Below, piece after piece: positions 1-13,118 of a stretch of 64,000 bases of DNA. Every line of letters starts with the position of its first letter. The first letter of the stretch is position 1. The notes beneath the pieces are model-generated. The model saw nothing but the letters and a program-made list of their open reading frames with translations, did no database searches and was not told the origin of the DNA. Made by a program: the position numbers and the translations under genes. The DNA lies in contig CM097885.1 in NCBI GenBank assembly GCA_044892525.1, forward strand, positions 35,032,001 through 35,096,000, read 5' to 3'. The stretch comes from Schmidtea polychroa. Taxonomy: Eukaryota.

Positions 1-60
1 CAAGTATTTTTATTTGTAAATCATCAAAATTCATGGTTTTTATATAAATTAAGATTTATT

Positions 61-138
61 TCGATAAGGCTGCTGAGGCCACACGTGAAGCTCTGGGAGG
101 CCGCATGCGGCCTAAAGGCCACAGGTTCCCCAACCCTG
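61..138. mobile_element. Right end of a hAT-type DNA transposon/MITE (fragment)
   Basis: GC-rich GGCCGCATGCGGCC subterminal motif ending in CAGGTTCCCCAACCCTG, a typical hAT terminus; the left end is not visible. Confidence 0.45.
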
Positions 139-929
139 GTTTATATCATATTTATCTTTTGGTTTCACCTTTGATATTTTTTTAATTCAATAATTTTCAT
201 ATTAATATTTTATTATTATAGATAAAATTATAGATCAAAACAGTAAGGTAAATGATATTTCAACACAGCCTTTATCAAGTGGTGATCCGTATAATAATTA
301 TCTATATCCATATAAAATCAAAATTTAACCCTTAAAAATTACTTAAAATGTTAAAACTTACTTGAAAGCCATTTCTAAAATGGCTAACTAAATTACAGAA
401 AAATAAAAATCATTTTCTGATACACCAACCGGCAATCGATTATCATCAAATGGCCATTGATTTGCAAATTTAATAATATAAATATTAACTTACCTATAAT
501 AAATGTGTGTGTGTGTGTCATAGCCAGAAGGGACATTGAATTAGCTAGGTGACATTAAATTGGCTGTTACACTATACACCTAATTCCACATGTTAAAAGT
601 CTCTATAATACATTTTGGTGTGTTCATCAGTCGATGACTCACCATTTATGAGAGTGTTTATTTCATTTTTTCATTTCAATTCAATTTTATTTTATGGTTT
701 TAGAAATAAGTTTTTTAAATTTAAGTATATTTTAAGACTTGAATTTTGATTTTATATAATTATGAGATTCAAGCTCTTAAATATTACTTGTAATCAGCAT
801 TTATAATATAAAATATTGATAATTAAATTTCAAGTGTTTTCTTAGGTATTTTATGACATGTTATGAATTTGGAATTATTTCAATAAAATGTAAGTTAGAT
901 ATATTTTTAACTAAAAAGAAATAAAATAA

Positions 930-1429
930 TCACCAAACACATTTATTTGTTTAAGAGATTTAGGCGTATATGGATAAAATTGTTTTTTAAGTTTTTGTAA
1001 TCCTCTTTCTCCAGCTCATTTTCAATAGCCTCTTTGACGATATAGACGGATTTTGTCATTTTCTGAAATTCTATGAAAATATTATTTTTTTAAAATAAGT
1101 TATTAAAATTTACGATTTTCGAATTTTTTTCTTCAATTCCAAAGATGTCGAAGGAACTTGTTGAATATCTTCACACAAAGGCGTTTGACTAGAAATATCT
1201 GATATGCTGTAAAATATTTTAATTATTTGTAATCAAATGAAAAAAATTCTTACATTGTCAGATCTTCAACTTCGCAAAATGGAAGTGTTTCCAAAGAAAT
1301 ATCTGAAAATCTAAAGAAATATTAACTTCAAAAATATTTTATAAATAGATCTTACGATGTTTTGTCGTCCTTTTCTCGAAAACTCAAAATTCAGTTGTCC
1401 GATTCAAAATCCAAATTTTTTTCAGCCAT
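930..1429 (-). pseudogene. Internally deleted second copy of a related IS630/Tc1 transposase (three mini-introns; N-terminus joined to C-terminus)
   Basis: ATG at 1429; three phase-2 GT..AG introns of ~45 nt; ISENDKIRL resembles ITIADKKRII of the main transposase; AIENELEKEDYKNLKNNFIHIR resembles its AVIEELSKPDYSNLKNYYNHIKR. Confidence 0.6.
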
Positions 1430-1836
1430 GAATTTTAATAATTTAAAATTAATGATATGTTAACAGTATGTTAATTACTTTCTACTTTCGGAATAAAAAA
1501 AGCTATATTAAATTTGCGTGTATTTTATATTATGTGTGTTGTGTTTGTATGTAAAATTATTTTTTTGTCACTTTCTCAATTCCTATAATAAAACTTTTAA
1601 TATTCGGAACATTAAATTTTTGCACACAGGTAAGTTTGTGTGTTGCTATAATATAATTTTATCGATTTTCTTTAGATTATACACCAAAGCGCATTTGATT
1701 ATCATAAATGAGACATTCATTTAGCTATGTCAAATAAGCATTGTTTTGGATTTTAGTTAATTTTAAGATTTTTTGTTAAAATAATGAATAAAGAAGTAAG
1801 ATATTTATTTATTTATTTAAATATACATTACATTTT

Positions 1837-2945
1837 TCAGAATTCACCTAAAATATCCTGTTTCTTCAAGCATTTAGGGTAAGAACCTTTTAATATGATT
1901 ATAGTAATTTTTCAAATTACTATAATCTGGTTTGCTAAGTTCCTCGATAACTGCTTGGGATATTGCGGTAAATCTGTCATTGAAAGTCATCCTGGAAAAT
2001 CCATTAGCCGAGGAAACTTTAGTCCTTACCCCATTTTTAATATTGCTGAACACACTTTCGATGGTTTTCAAAAATGGACTATATGGAAGCAACTTTTCAA
2101 TGTGATTGTTCAAAGATAATACATTATTGTGGATGGATACATTATCGTGTATCAAAATGAATCCAGAGCCATTCAGTTTCTCAGTCAATTCTGTTATAAA
2201 TGACTGGTATGATTCCTTTCTAAAAGAGCCAATGATGATTTGTGAATGGATTGGCTCATCTTTGGATATTGCCAAAACTAGTGAAATATTGGGACCTCGA
2301 TTTGTTGGCACATTGCTGTAAATTCGAGTGCCTACTCGAGATCTTCCGAATCTCTTGTTTGTCCATGTATTGAAAGAGCATTCATCTATATACATAGATT
2401 TACTGCTCCTCCAACCTTCTTCAAGCAAACGTGTAACATATGTCTGCCGAATATCCAATATTCTATCTGAATTTCTTTCTTCCACACAAGGCCTGATCCT
2501 TTTGAAGGTTAATAATTGATTTTTCAGGTATCTGATATTGATTTTGTTGAAATTTCTACATTGTAATTTGTAGATAAAACAATCTCATTTGATTTAATGT
2601 CGAATAATTATTTCTTTCGACATAGTTCAATAATTCCTGACCAATAATTGTTGTGATAATTGTTGGTCGATTGCCTCCTCTTGTTCCTGCGGATAAAATT
2701 CCAGTCTTCATATATTTCACAATAATGCTGGTTATTGTATTCCGCTTAATTCCAAGAATACAGCCTAATTCATAATAATCATGGCCATCTTCCATGGATT
2801 TAATGATTCTTTTTTTATCAGCAATGGTTATTCTATATAGATTTTATAAAATAACTAAAGTTTAATGAAAAACTTACACATTTCTATGAATTTCTTGAAA
2901 TGGAATAGTCGATTCTGAAGAAACTTCTGAAATATCTTCGAACAT
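1837..2945 (-). pseudogene. IS630/Tc1-like DDE transposase, disrupted, with a 45-nt intron (2833-2877)
   Basis: Exon 1 MFEDISEVSSESTIPFQEIHRNV splices in frame to an HTH region (ELGCILGIKRNTITSII, RGGNRP); catalytic motifs YIDEC, HDNVSIH, LPYSPFLKTIE; frame breaks near 2555 and 1876. Confidence 0.8.
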
Positions 2946-3629
2946 TTTGATAATTATTTGTTTTAAAAATGAAAATTTTTAGCTAATTGAATGTCCGCGT
3001 GATAAATCAATGTCCTATAGTGTGTATTTTTTATTATAGCAATTTTTTGAACCGTGTTTGTATGTATTTATTTATTTTTCTTCCAACAGCGATTTTTTCT
3101 ATCTTTGTATAGTGTAATAGCCAATTTAATGTCACCAAGCTAATTCAATGTCCCATCTGGCTATGACACACACACATATTTATTATAGGTAAGTTAATAT
3201 TTATATTATTAAATTTGCAAATCAATGGCCATTTTATGATTATCAATTGCCGGTTGGTATATAAACTTTTATATTTTAGATTTAGGTGTATTAATCATCT
3301 TCATCAATTTACATTTATCATTTACTGAATTGCTTACAATAATGAATGTTTTTTTGGAAATTTATTTTAGCCATTTTAAAAATGTCTTTCAGGTAAGATA
3401 TTTAATTTTAAGTAAATTTTAATTCTTGAATTTTGATCCATATAGATATGAGATCATTATTCAAGTTCTTAAATTTTACTTTTAGTCAACATTATAATTA
3501 TAAATTATTTTTAATTAATTTTCAGGGATTTTTGATATTTTATGACATTTATTTTTATGACAAGTATTTTGGAATATTTTCGAAAAAATGTGACTCAGAT
3601 ATGTTTTTAATTATAATTAAATAAATGAA

Positions 3630-3805
3630 TTACCAAAAATATTTATTTTTCTAAAACATTTTGGGAAAAATCCCCGAATGATAAAAATAAAATAATTTTT
3701 TTAATTTTTTTTTCTGAGCTCAATATGAAGAGCTTCTTTCAGGAAAGCAAATAAGGATTGAAAAGACATTGAACCAAATTCATCTGCTCTTGAAAATTTC
3801 ATTAA
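3630..3805 (-). pseudogene. Third relic of the same transposase C-terminus, outside the TIRs
   Basis: Translates (with a frameshift) as KFSRADEFGSMSFQSLFAFLKEALHIEL...RGFFPKCFRKINIFG versus KVSSANGFSRMTFNDRFTAISQAVIEEL...KRFLPKCLKKQDILG. Confidence 0.5.
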
Positions 3806-5503
3806 AAATATATTTTTAAAAATTTTCAGCGATCTTTTTATATCTAAAAATTGTCTAAAATAGAATTATTATAGAAACGTATCTCAGCGGTGCATATCGA
3901 TGAATCAAAAGTTTGTATGTGTTTTTTAGTATGTGTTGTGTTTGTGTGCAGTTTTTAATTTTTTTTCCACTTTTCAGATTTCTATAGTATAAGATGTATC
4001 TGACTGCACTCTAAATGAGAACATCAACATGAAATCAAAGTAAGTATGGATGTTTCTATAATGTAAGATTATTGATTTTTTTGTTATATTATAGGAAACA
4101 GTTCTCAGTGGCGTTAGGTGTAAATTAAACACTTTCCTTGTATTGTTTGCGTCTAATCAGAGAGGTGTTTATTTGTGATGTGTATGTTTCTTGTATGTGT
4201 GTTTTAATTTTGATTATTGGTGCATTTAAATTGAGTGTTTTTTAGATATGTGTGTATTGGAATGGTTTGTTTGATTTTTTTGATATATATGCGAGCTTTG
4301 TGAACTTACAAAATTTGTTTATTTAAAGTGGTATTTTTTAAGAGTCGAATAAATATTTTGGAATGCTCTGATTGTGCTCTTGTGGTTTCTGACAGTTTAC
4401 CTGACGCTTGTCAGTTGTCAGTGGATATGATTTTAATCTAGGAATTAATTTTGAATCATTATTCAAATCTTATGGTTTTTGGGAATTCAAGCCACAAGTT
4501 TCTGAAAAGTTGTTGGAGTAATTAATAAGATGATGAGTATGAAAAATATTTCTTTATTTGAAGATGAATCTATCTTTAATCCATTTAACAGAACAATATA
4601 TCTTCGATATACTTCAAATGTAATTTCGTCGAGTTTATTATTCATAGATTGTTCAGCATAATTTATGTCTTCGGCTAACGGTATTGAAGTATTTTATTAA
4701 ATGCATTCAAGCCTATTTTGGCGATTTTCGTAATTTCAATGAAAATGCCTATTGTCAAAAGAGAATTATATATTTTAGGAATATTGTCGTTCCTAATCCA
4801 AATAAAGTGGATTTTGAGAGCTATTTAAGCCCGACTTTACACGTGAAGATTTATTTAAAATTTACCAGCTGTATTTAAATAAAAATTTAATAAATTTTAC
4901 CATTTTTAAAAAATTACAAATGACCTGAAATTCATAATAAATGCGATAGATGAATTTCATTATTAATATTATTAACATTAAAAATTTAAAAACATTTTAA
5001 AAAACCTTAGAAAATGTATTCTTTATTCTTTGCCCATAATATATGTCCTTGTCTCCATATTATATTTATTTCTTCAATATATTCAATAATATACATACAT
5101 AAACATAATATTTTTTATTCTTATTTCGTGCAAACTTTTTTTACTCCTTATTCCTCGATAATATCATCAAAATTTATCTGTTTTGTTACCTGCTCTATTG
5201 ACAACATAGTTCCCCTCTAACCTATCTTGTTGCATGGCTCATCTTAGATAATTTTTAATTAACTTTAATTTGGAAAAGCTGTGTTGTACTTGGTGTCAAA
5301 ATATTGCCCTAGCTACTAATAATTGTTAGGAATATGAAAGCGCGGGGCCTCTGGAAAAATTCCCGAAGTCCAGACTTCTTAACCAGCCCTACTTCTCTCA
5401 CATACCTTATGCGTTTTGGTGTGTTTTGTGTTAATTTTTAATATTTAATTTCCTAGATAAATATTAATTACTGATATTATATATTTACATTTGTTTATTA
5501 TAG

Positions 5504-8500
5504 ATACTTAAAACACTTAACTACCTATCGGTATTGTATGGACTTTTATTTAATTGGAAAGAATCAGCAAAATATTGCAAGGAGTGCATTGAATTAATTA
5601 AAAAAGTAATTCTATTTTTATTGAATAATAAAATTTTGAAATATTCTGTTATTTGAAAAAGATGTTCAAACGTCTAAATGGTCTTTTAATTTTACTAATT
5701 AATATAACATTTTTTTTATCTATGAAATTTATTTTATTTAAATTTGAAATTTAGTTGTGTTTAGTTTACATTTAAAGTGGTTTATTTTAACCCTTAATTG
5801 CATTGTGTAGCAAATTTGCAACATACCAGAATTTCACGTTTAGATCGCCTAAAATAAATAAGGACTAACCATTTTATAGTGTTGCTTGTGAGCTACAAAG
5901 CTGTTTAACGGATTTAGTTCATAAAGTGACCGCTAGATTAAATTATTTTTATAATGATATATTCAGTCAAAGGAACTTATTTTATTCAAAATAAATAAAA
6001 AAATCATGCAATTAAGGGTTAATTTGACTATCTTTATTTTATATATAATTTTGAAACTAATATTGTCTTTCAGTACCAAATTATTAATAACTCAAATATA
6101 AAATCGTTTAAGTTTAGGACAATGTGTAAAGAAAATTAAATAAGAAATTACAAAATATGAAAATCAATATTTTTCAGAGGAAAATATTTAAACAGGTGAT
6201 AAATGAAAAGATAGGAACAAATAAAAAAATTTCAAAACTATGGGGGATTACAAAAACTTATAGTTTCAAAAATACAAACCAATTAATTAATTAAAAAAGT
6301 TGTTTATCTCATTAACTATTATCAAGAGCAAGTAACGAAATTTCCAAGTGTAATATCAGTATGTCAAATTTTATTAAGTAACATTTTCCATTAGATAAAA
6401 GCAATCATATCTAGTATATTCTAGGATACCCGGCTATGTATTGCAAGATCACCCGGTTAGATCCTAGGTGATCAAAATTATAAATTTCAAAGTGAATATT
6501 CAAAGTTTTGTTTAAATTAAGTGAATTTCAGAACTTGAGATACAAATTTGAAAATTTAGTTTAATTGAAATGATAATATCATATCATCTTTCTAACATTG
6601 CGATTCCCAATTCTGTCAAGCAAAATAATATCCTTAATGATTTCTGAGCTTTGTATAAGCTAAAAACTTACATAACAATTTAATTTGATTTCAATAAGTA
6701 TCTAAAAAAGAACGGAGTTCTGTCAGAAAATTAGTTTTATCATATAATTTCACTGTTCCGGAGAGTACACTTTCACCTAATAATATGTTGTATTTTCAAA
6801 CTTTTATTTTTTGCTTAAAGAGAAAAGTTTATGACTCCTTCTTATCCATTCATACTCATTCCTATATTTTTAATTTTAAAGCTATTTAGAATTTGTATTT
6901 TTTATAATATTCTATTTTGTGGTATATTTTATTTTTACAAGGTCTATGGAAGCTCAGATATCCGGCTTGTGAAGGAATTGGAGAACATGGCAATTATTTG
7001 TAAAAATGACAAACAAATGGAGGAAGCAATCAGTTATTTCAGAGATGCACATAATGTTTGCATTCAAAATTCACAACAGGACGAAGCTATGAGACTAACA
7101 AGGCAGATGGTAATGTCTTATTTTTTTAGATTTTATATATACATATTATGTTCATACATAATATAATACACTTATATTATATTCGTATTGTAATACACAT
7201 TTGAATTCAAAATAGAAAGAATGAAAAAATGAATATATAAACAAATATACTTCAATTTAATTTATTGTTATTATATTAAAATTTATTAAATAAAATTAGT
7301 ATATTAAAATATTTATGAAGATTAACGTACTAATAATAATAATAAAATATTAAAACTTCTAATAATCACTAAATAACAATTAATATTATAAAAACCTGCC
7401 AATCATTTTAGATTAAAATGTTTGTGACTCGACAAATAATAAATTATGGGGATCTGTTCATAAGACATTTTCGACTTAAAATGATATAACCCATGTGCTT
7501 TTAAACTATGATAATCGAGTCGCATAATATTCAGTATATATATAAGCTGCTATCTTCCAACAATGCTGGATGAAAAAAATGGAATTTTTGATTTTACTTT
7601 TAATGGGATTATGTAAAATTAATTTAGTAGGCACATAATTGTGTACAAAGCAACTAAATTACAAAATTTAACACAAAAATTCTTAAATAAAATTGAAATG
7701 AATTATATTAAAATTATATAAAATTGAAAAATCGATATTTTCCGAAGAAAAGGAAGAGTATAGGTAGCAAATAAGAAGATAAATACAAATTCATATATAG
7801 TGCGTTTATTCATTACAACGATTCTACATATCGGCATTTTGCATGCATTTTTATTATGTGTTGTGTTTGTGTGTGTCAGTTTATTTTTTCTACCACTTTC
7901 TCACTTTCTATATTAAATGCGTTTACTCATTGAAACGCTAAAAATCAACGCACAAGTAAGTTTGTATGTTTATTTAATATAAGCTAATTGATTTTTCTTT
8001 ACATTATAGATGCATTTGTTCACTGCAAACAGGCGTATAATAGTTTTAAATCGACATGAGTCAATAGGTAGCTTCATTTTAAAAATGATATTTTTATACA
8101 ATATTTGATTATACTATTAGAATTAAAGTTATTTGTTCCAATCCACCAATTACATTTTCTTACACATTTCCTTTACTAGTTAACTCATTGTATTCAGATA
8201 ATTTTAATCCTTGCCGCCTAATGACATGTTTTTCAGATATTATATAAAGTTTTCTATCCATGGGCTTTCAATAATATGCCAACGAGGGTCTGCATCCTAG
8301 GCGGCGGTCTAATTGACTTAATGACAGCACCAATCCTGGCTATGGGCAACAATCTCTTAACAATACATAAATTTTTTTATATAAATTATTATCAATTTTT
8401 ACCTTTAGATCAAATATATAGAAAATTAAATTTTAATTTGGCTTGAATTTTAAATAATTTAAATTTTTTCAATATTATGAAAAAAATTACATTATCTCCT

Positions 8501-11500
8501 TCTTATTTATCTAACTGTTTACCAAATGAATGGCCTTGAGCATTTTTGTTTTAATATTTTTTTATTCATCCACTCTAAACAACAACAATGTCTTAGTCGA
8601 TAATAAGATATGAGGAGTAAAGAGAATTGAATCCCCATATTGTATATGATCGGACAGAATAATTAATTTCCTTAAAAAGCCAACCACTTGGTTGCTGAAT
8701 CCATATTTTAATAGGTCTACGACAACACGATCAATTTCATAGGGGAATATTTCCCAATAAAATATTTCATTTTATCGATTGTAATTTATTGAAATAAATC
8801 ATCAATGTCACTGAAAAAATGTCACGATGTTATGGAAAATATAAATCGGATTTGATTATATTATTAATTATTACCTTATTATAGGGTCGGTTTTGGGATT
8901 TTTGTGTGTTGTGAACAAGACAAAATTTGGCCGCCTCTTCTCAACTAAACTTTTAAAACTCGAACGCAAATAATACATTTCAAGCAATTCCGTCTTTATT
9001 TCCTTTCTATCCTTCAGAGGACTTCAAAACATGAAAAATTTTCAATGCAATTCGAGGAGGGTAAAACTTTACATGTCAAAAATAGGTTTGATATAAATCG
9101 GTGCCCTAAAAATGTACTTGTCATGTCTATAAAATCTTTTACAAAAGTAGTAATTACCTTGCAATATCGTCTTCCAATAAAATAAAAATTTGTTGATGAA
9201 TGTAAGATTAAAATTTTGAATCTTTATCTAATATATAAAGATGAAAGTTTGTTTGTTTGTTACCCATAGAATTCAACACCGTTGGACCTAGGGTGCTGAA
9301 AGTTTGCATGTGACCCTCATTTGACTTGGACAGGTCATAGGCTATGTTTCAACCCCAGGTGATCACCCCTAGGGTACCCTAACCCTACTCAGGGTCACCT
9401 TGATTTACTACAGTAGATACCCCAATGAGGTGAAATTGGCAACAATGTTACAAATAAAAGTTGGAGATCATGTTAGGTTTATAAAATAGGATTAGTGTAC
9501 AACTGCTTCAACTTTTCAAGATTTAAAAGGAAACACAAAACTAATGGGAGGAACAGTTGTGGTATTAGCTGGAGATTTTCGACAAACAAAAAATATAGTC
9601 TATTGACAAGCTTTATCATAAGTGATATATAAATTACATGTACTTTTTTAATTAAATTTTTATGTATTTTTTAAATTATTTTTTTAAATGAATGAATTGA
9701 AATAAATTTCTTTATTTTGAATCTGTTTACTATTTTTTAAATCGTGCAACGCCGGGTACCCCAGCTTTTAATTAAAAATTTTAATTAAAAATTAATACTA
9801 AATTGGGAAAGCGTTGTTGTTTTACTAGAAAGATAATATTTTCGTAAGTTCCACAAATATATTTTGGTTCTTACATATTTGGAACTGATCATCCGGTCAT
9901 ATGTCTTTGTTAAATTTTATAAAGTTGAGCCAATGTGTCTTCTGAGGACTTTCAGTATCTAAATAGAACATTGTTAATTTTTTAAATCATATGCAGAAAA
10001 TTATTTTTAAAATTAACAGCATTTGTAAATCGTGTTATAAATATAATAAGTTTTGTATTTTTCACCATTTTCAAATTGAAACATATTTTGTGGTTAAAAG
10101 AAAAATCATTCAAGTACATTTATACTAAAATTATGTGCTTATTTTATTATTTGATGAATATGAATTGAACCGAATGTATTCAAATGTTCCATGGTTCTGA
10201 CTGAATGTCACTAAAATGTATATGTCATCTGTCTGAAAGTGTACACATTTATTTGCTGATGGCAGATTGAATATGGAAATGCTGTAACAATAATATAGTT
10301 AGTTGATATAAAATTTTTATATAATTTATTTATAATTCATTAACTTAGTATGGAATTAATTAAGTTACATGTTTATAACTTCATATGACTAATGCATCTC
10401 CATCTCTTCTTAAGAAAATGATTGGACTGTTCATTTAAAAAATATAATTCATAATATGTTAAATCTGTATGTTTTTTATTTTATTACCGATTATTTATAT
10501 TATAAGAACTTATTTTTCCAATTTCACCACTGATTTGTTTTCATTGTATTTATTAAAGAGCTTGAAGACTGAATCGGTAGATATATCGATTTTTTTATAT
10601 ATTTACTTATTTATATGCTTCAAGCTCTTTTTAATCGATTATTTATAGTTCTTAGTACTTCTTTTACTATTAGAATATTAACTGAATATTAGGATATTTA
10701 AAACAAAATATGTCGAATAACTGAATGCTCTAGTTGAAATGTTAAAGTCAAATTAGGAAAAATGAATGAAATTGATCCTAAAAATTGGCATAATACAACA
10801 TTCCGACTCTTCAATTCATACATTTTGTAATCATTATTGTTCGTTTTGGTTTTTGCTTATTTGAACGTTATCTTTATCTTTATTTTTATTTTGTGTTTAA
10901 AAATTTGACGAAATACAAATTTTTGATAATAACTCACGTCTATTAATTAACTAAAAGATAAGAAAGCCGACTTTTATTTGGAAACATGTCAAATTAATTC
11001 TACAAAAGTTTCTGACAAAAGTATAATAATAATACGAAATTGTACACAGAGAGATTCGGTAAATTTGCTAATTAAAATTATTTAATTTAGAATTTCGTTC
11101 AAATGTAAATTACATTTCATATTTCAATGATTTTATTTGAATAATAAAAATGACCATAAAAGCAGTAAAATACTTAAAATTAATTAATTATACAATAAGT
11201 CCTCGACATACGTAATTAGTTCGTTCTGAAGGTTTTCGTGTAAATCGAAAAATTGCGGAAGTCGAAAAAATTTTAAATTATGTACTTTTACTAAATAATG
11301 TTTTAGTTTCAAAGGATAGGTAAAAATAAAATGAGCCTTTAAGAAAACATTATTTATTCAAAGACATAAATAATAATTTCTACATACTAGTCCAATGTTA
11401 TATGACTTATATAGGTCTTTTTATTTTTCTTCATAAATGATAATATATCTTGCAATAGCATTATTCACTGCTTTTGAAACTTATACAACAAATTTATTTT

Positions 11501-11930
11501 TAATAGAATATTAATAGAAATTAATTACAAAAAATTTTTTGATTTCAATTTAAGAGCATAATGATATTTATTGATTAAATTAAATTAAATATAATATTTA
11601 TGTTTTTCATCTCAAACGGAATTTTCTGAAATTGAATTCATCTTTGTCAATTAGTCAGCTGCTGATCAGTGTAATTAAGCCCCATAACAATGCATATAAT
11701 TTATCATTTTAGATATTTCCCATTGTAGAACTGCTCTCAAATTCGTTAAAATATATTTTTCAAATTCAACCACATCATTTATATTATATTTTAGATTGTT
11801 ATTATTTTTATTTAGCATTTATTGTACTTTTATTCTGTAATCAATACATTTTTTGTTCATGCATCGTTTATTTGCTTTTATCAATTGAATATTACGTACC
11901 TAAAATACTGGTGAAACTATGGTGTTGATA

Positions 11931-12019
<89 letters not shown>

Positions 12020-12031
12020 ATTAATAATAAT

Positions 12032-12130
<99 letters not shown>

Positions 12131-12188
12131 AGATAACAATAATAATAATTATAATGATAATGATAATAATAATAATTATAATAATGAA

Positions 12189-12265
<77 letters not shown>

Positions 12266-12323
12266 AGATAACAATAATAATAATTATAATGATAATGATA
12301 ATAATAATAATTATAATAATGAA

Positions 12324-12395
<72 letters not shown>

Positions 12396-13072
12396 TTTTA
12401 ACTAAAATATTTTTGACAGTAAATATTATAATGATAATATTCCTTATCTAAATAATTCCTTATTAATAATGAAAATTAATAATACCACAAACATTTCGAA
12501 TTTTTATTTTTTACATACAAAAGCAAATAAAATAAATTTTGGAAAATACAATTATATTTTTCAATTTATTCTCCTTCGGTGGTTCTTAAATGAAATAGAG
12601 TCAAATTGTAACACTTGATCACCAATGAGGTCATCAAATATGTCGCATCTACGAAATCATTCTCCTTAAACAATTTTGGTATTTGATTTTTAAAAATTTT
12701 ATTTTCCTCTGATTGAGCCATATAAATAAATCACTGTTGTATAATCAAATTTTTGTATATGACCGAGTTTCTTTTTCAATTCTTAATTCTAATTTTAACA
12801 CATTTTTTATTAAAACTAACATATCATTATTATAAGAACTTTTTCAATTTTCACCACTGATTTCTTTTCAATTGACATTGTATTTATTAATTAAATTAAA
12901 TTTAATTAAGATTTATTAATTAAAATATAATAACTTAATTTTTGTAATAATTAAATCGTACAATATTAACCTTGTTACTCTGGAATGACCTGTACTACTA
13001 CTGCTATTTGCACCAAATGTTGATATGAAAAGACTTGCATACCGTGTGATCTTTGCAAAATTGGCAGTTTAT

Positions 13073-13118
<46 letters not shown>

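Larger units (their letters stand above)
423..3259 (-). mobile_element. IS630/Tc1/mariner-superfamily DNA transposon with ~155-bp TIRs and TA target duplication
   Basis: 423-~575 (caccaaccggcaat...ttacactata) is the near-perfect reverse complement of ~3108-3259; TA at 421-422 and 3260-3261; transposase inside. Confidence 0.85.

Noticed and set aside
11900..12405. Poly-M/N/I/L ORFs here and similar poly-I/Y/L ORFs at 22.7, 23.3, 37.0, 40.8, 42.2, 48.6 and 48.9 kb
   Set aside because: Translations of (AAT)n/(ATG)n microsatellites, with no coding evidence
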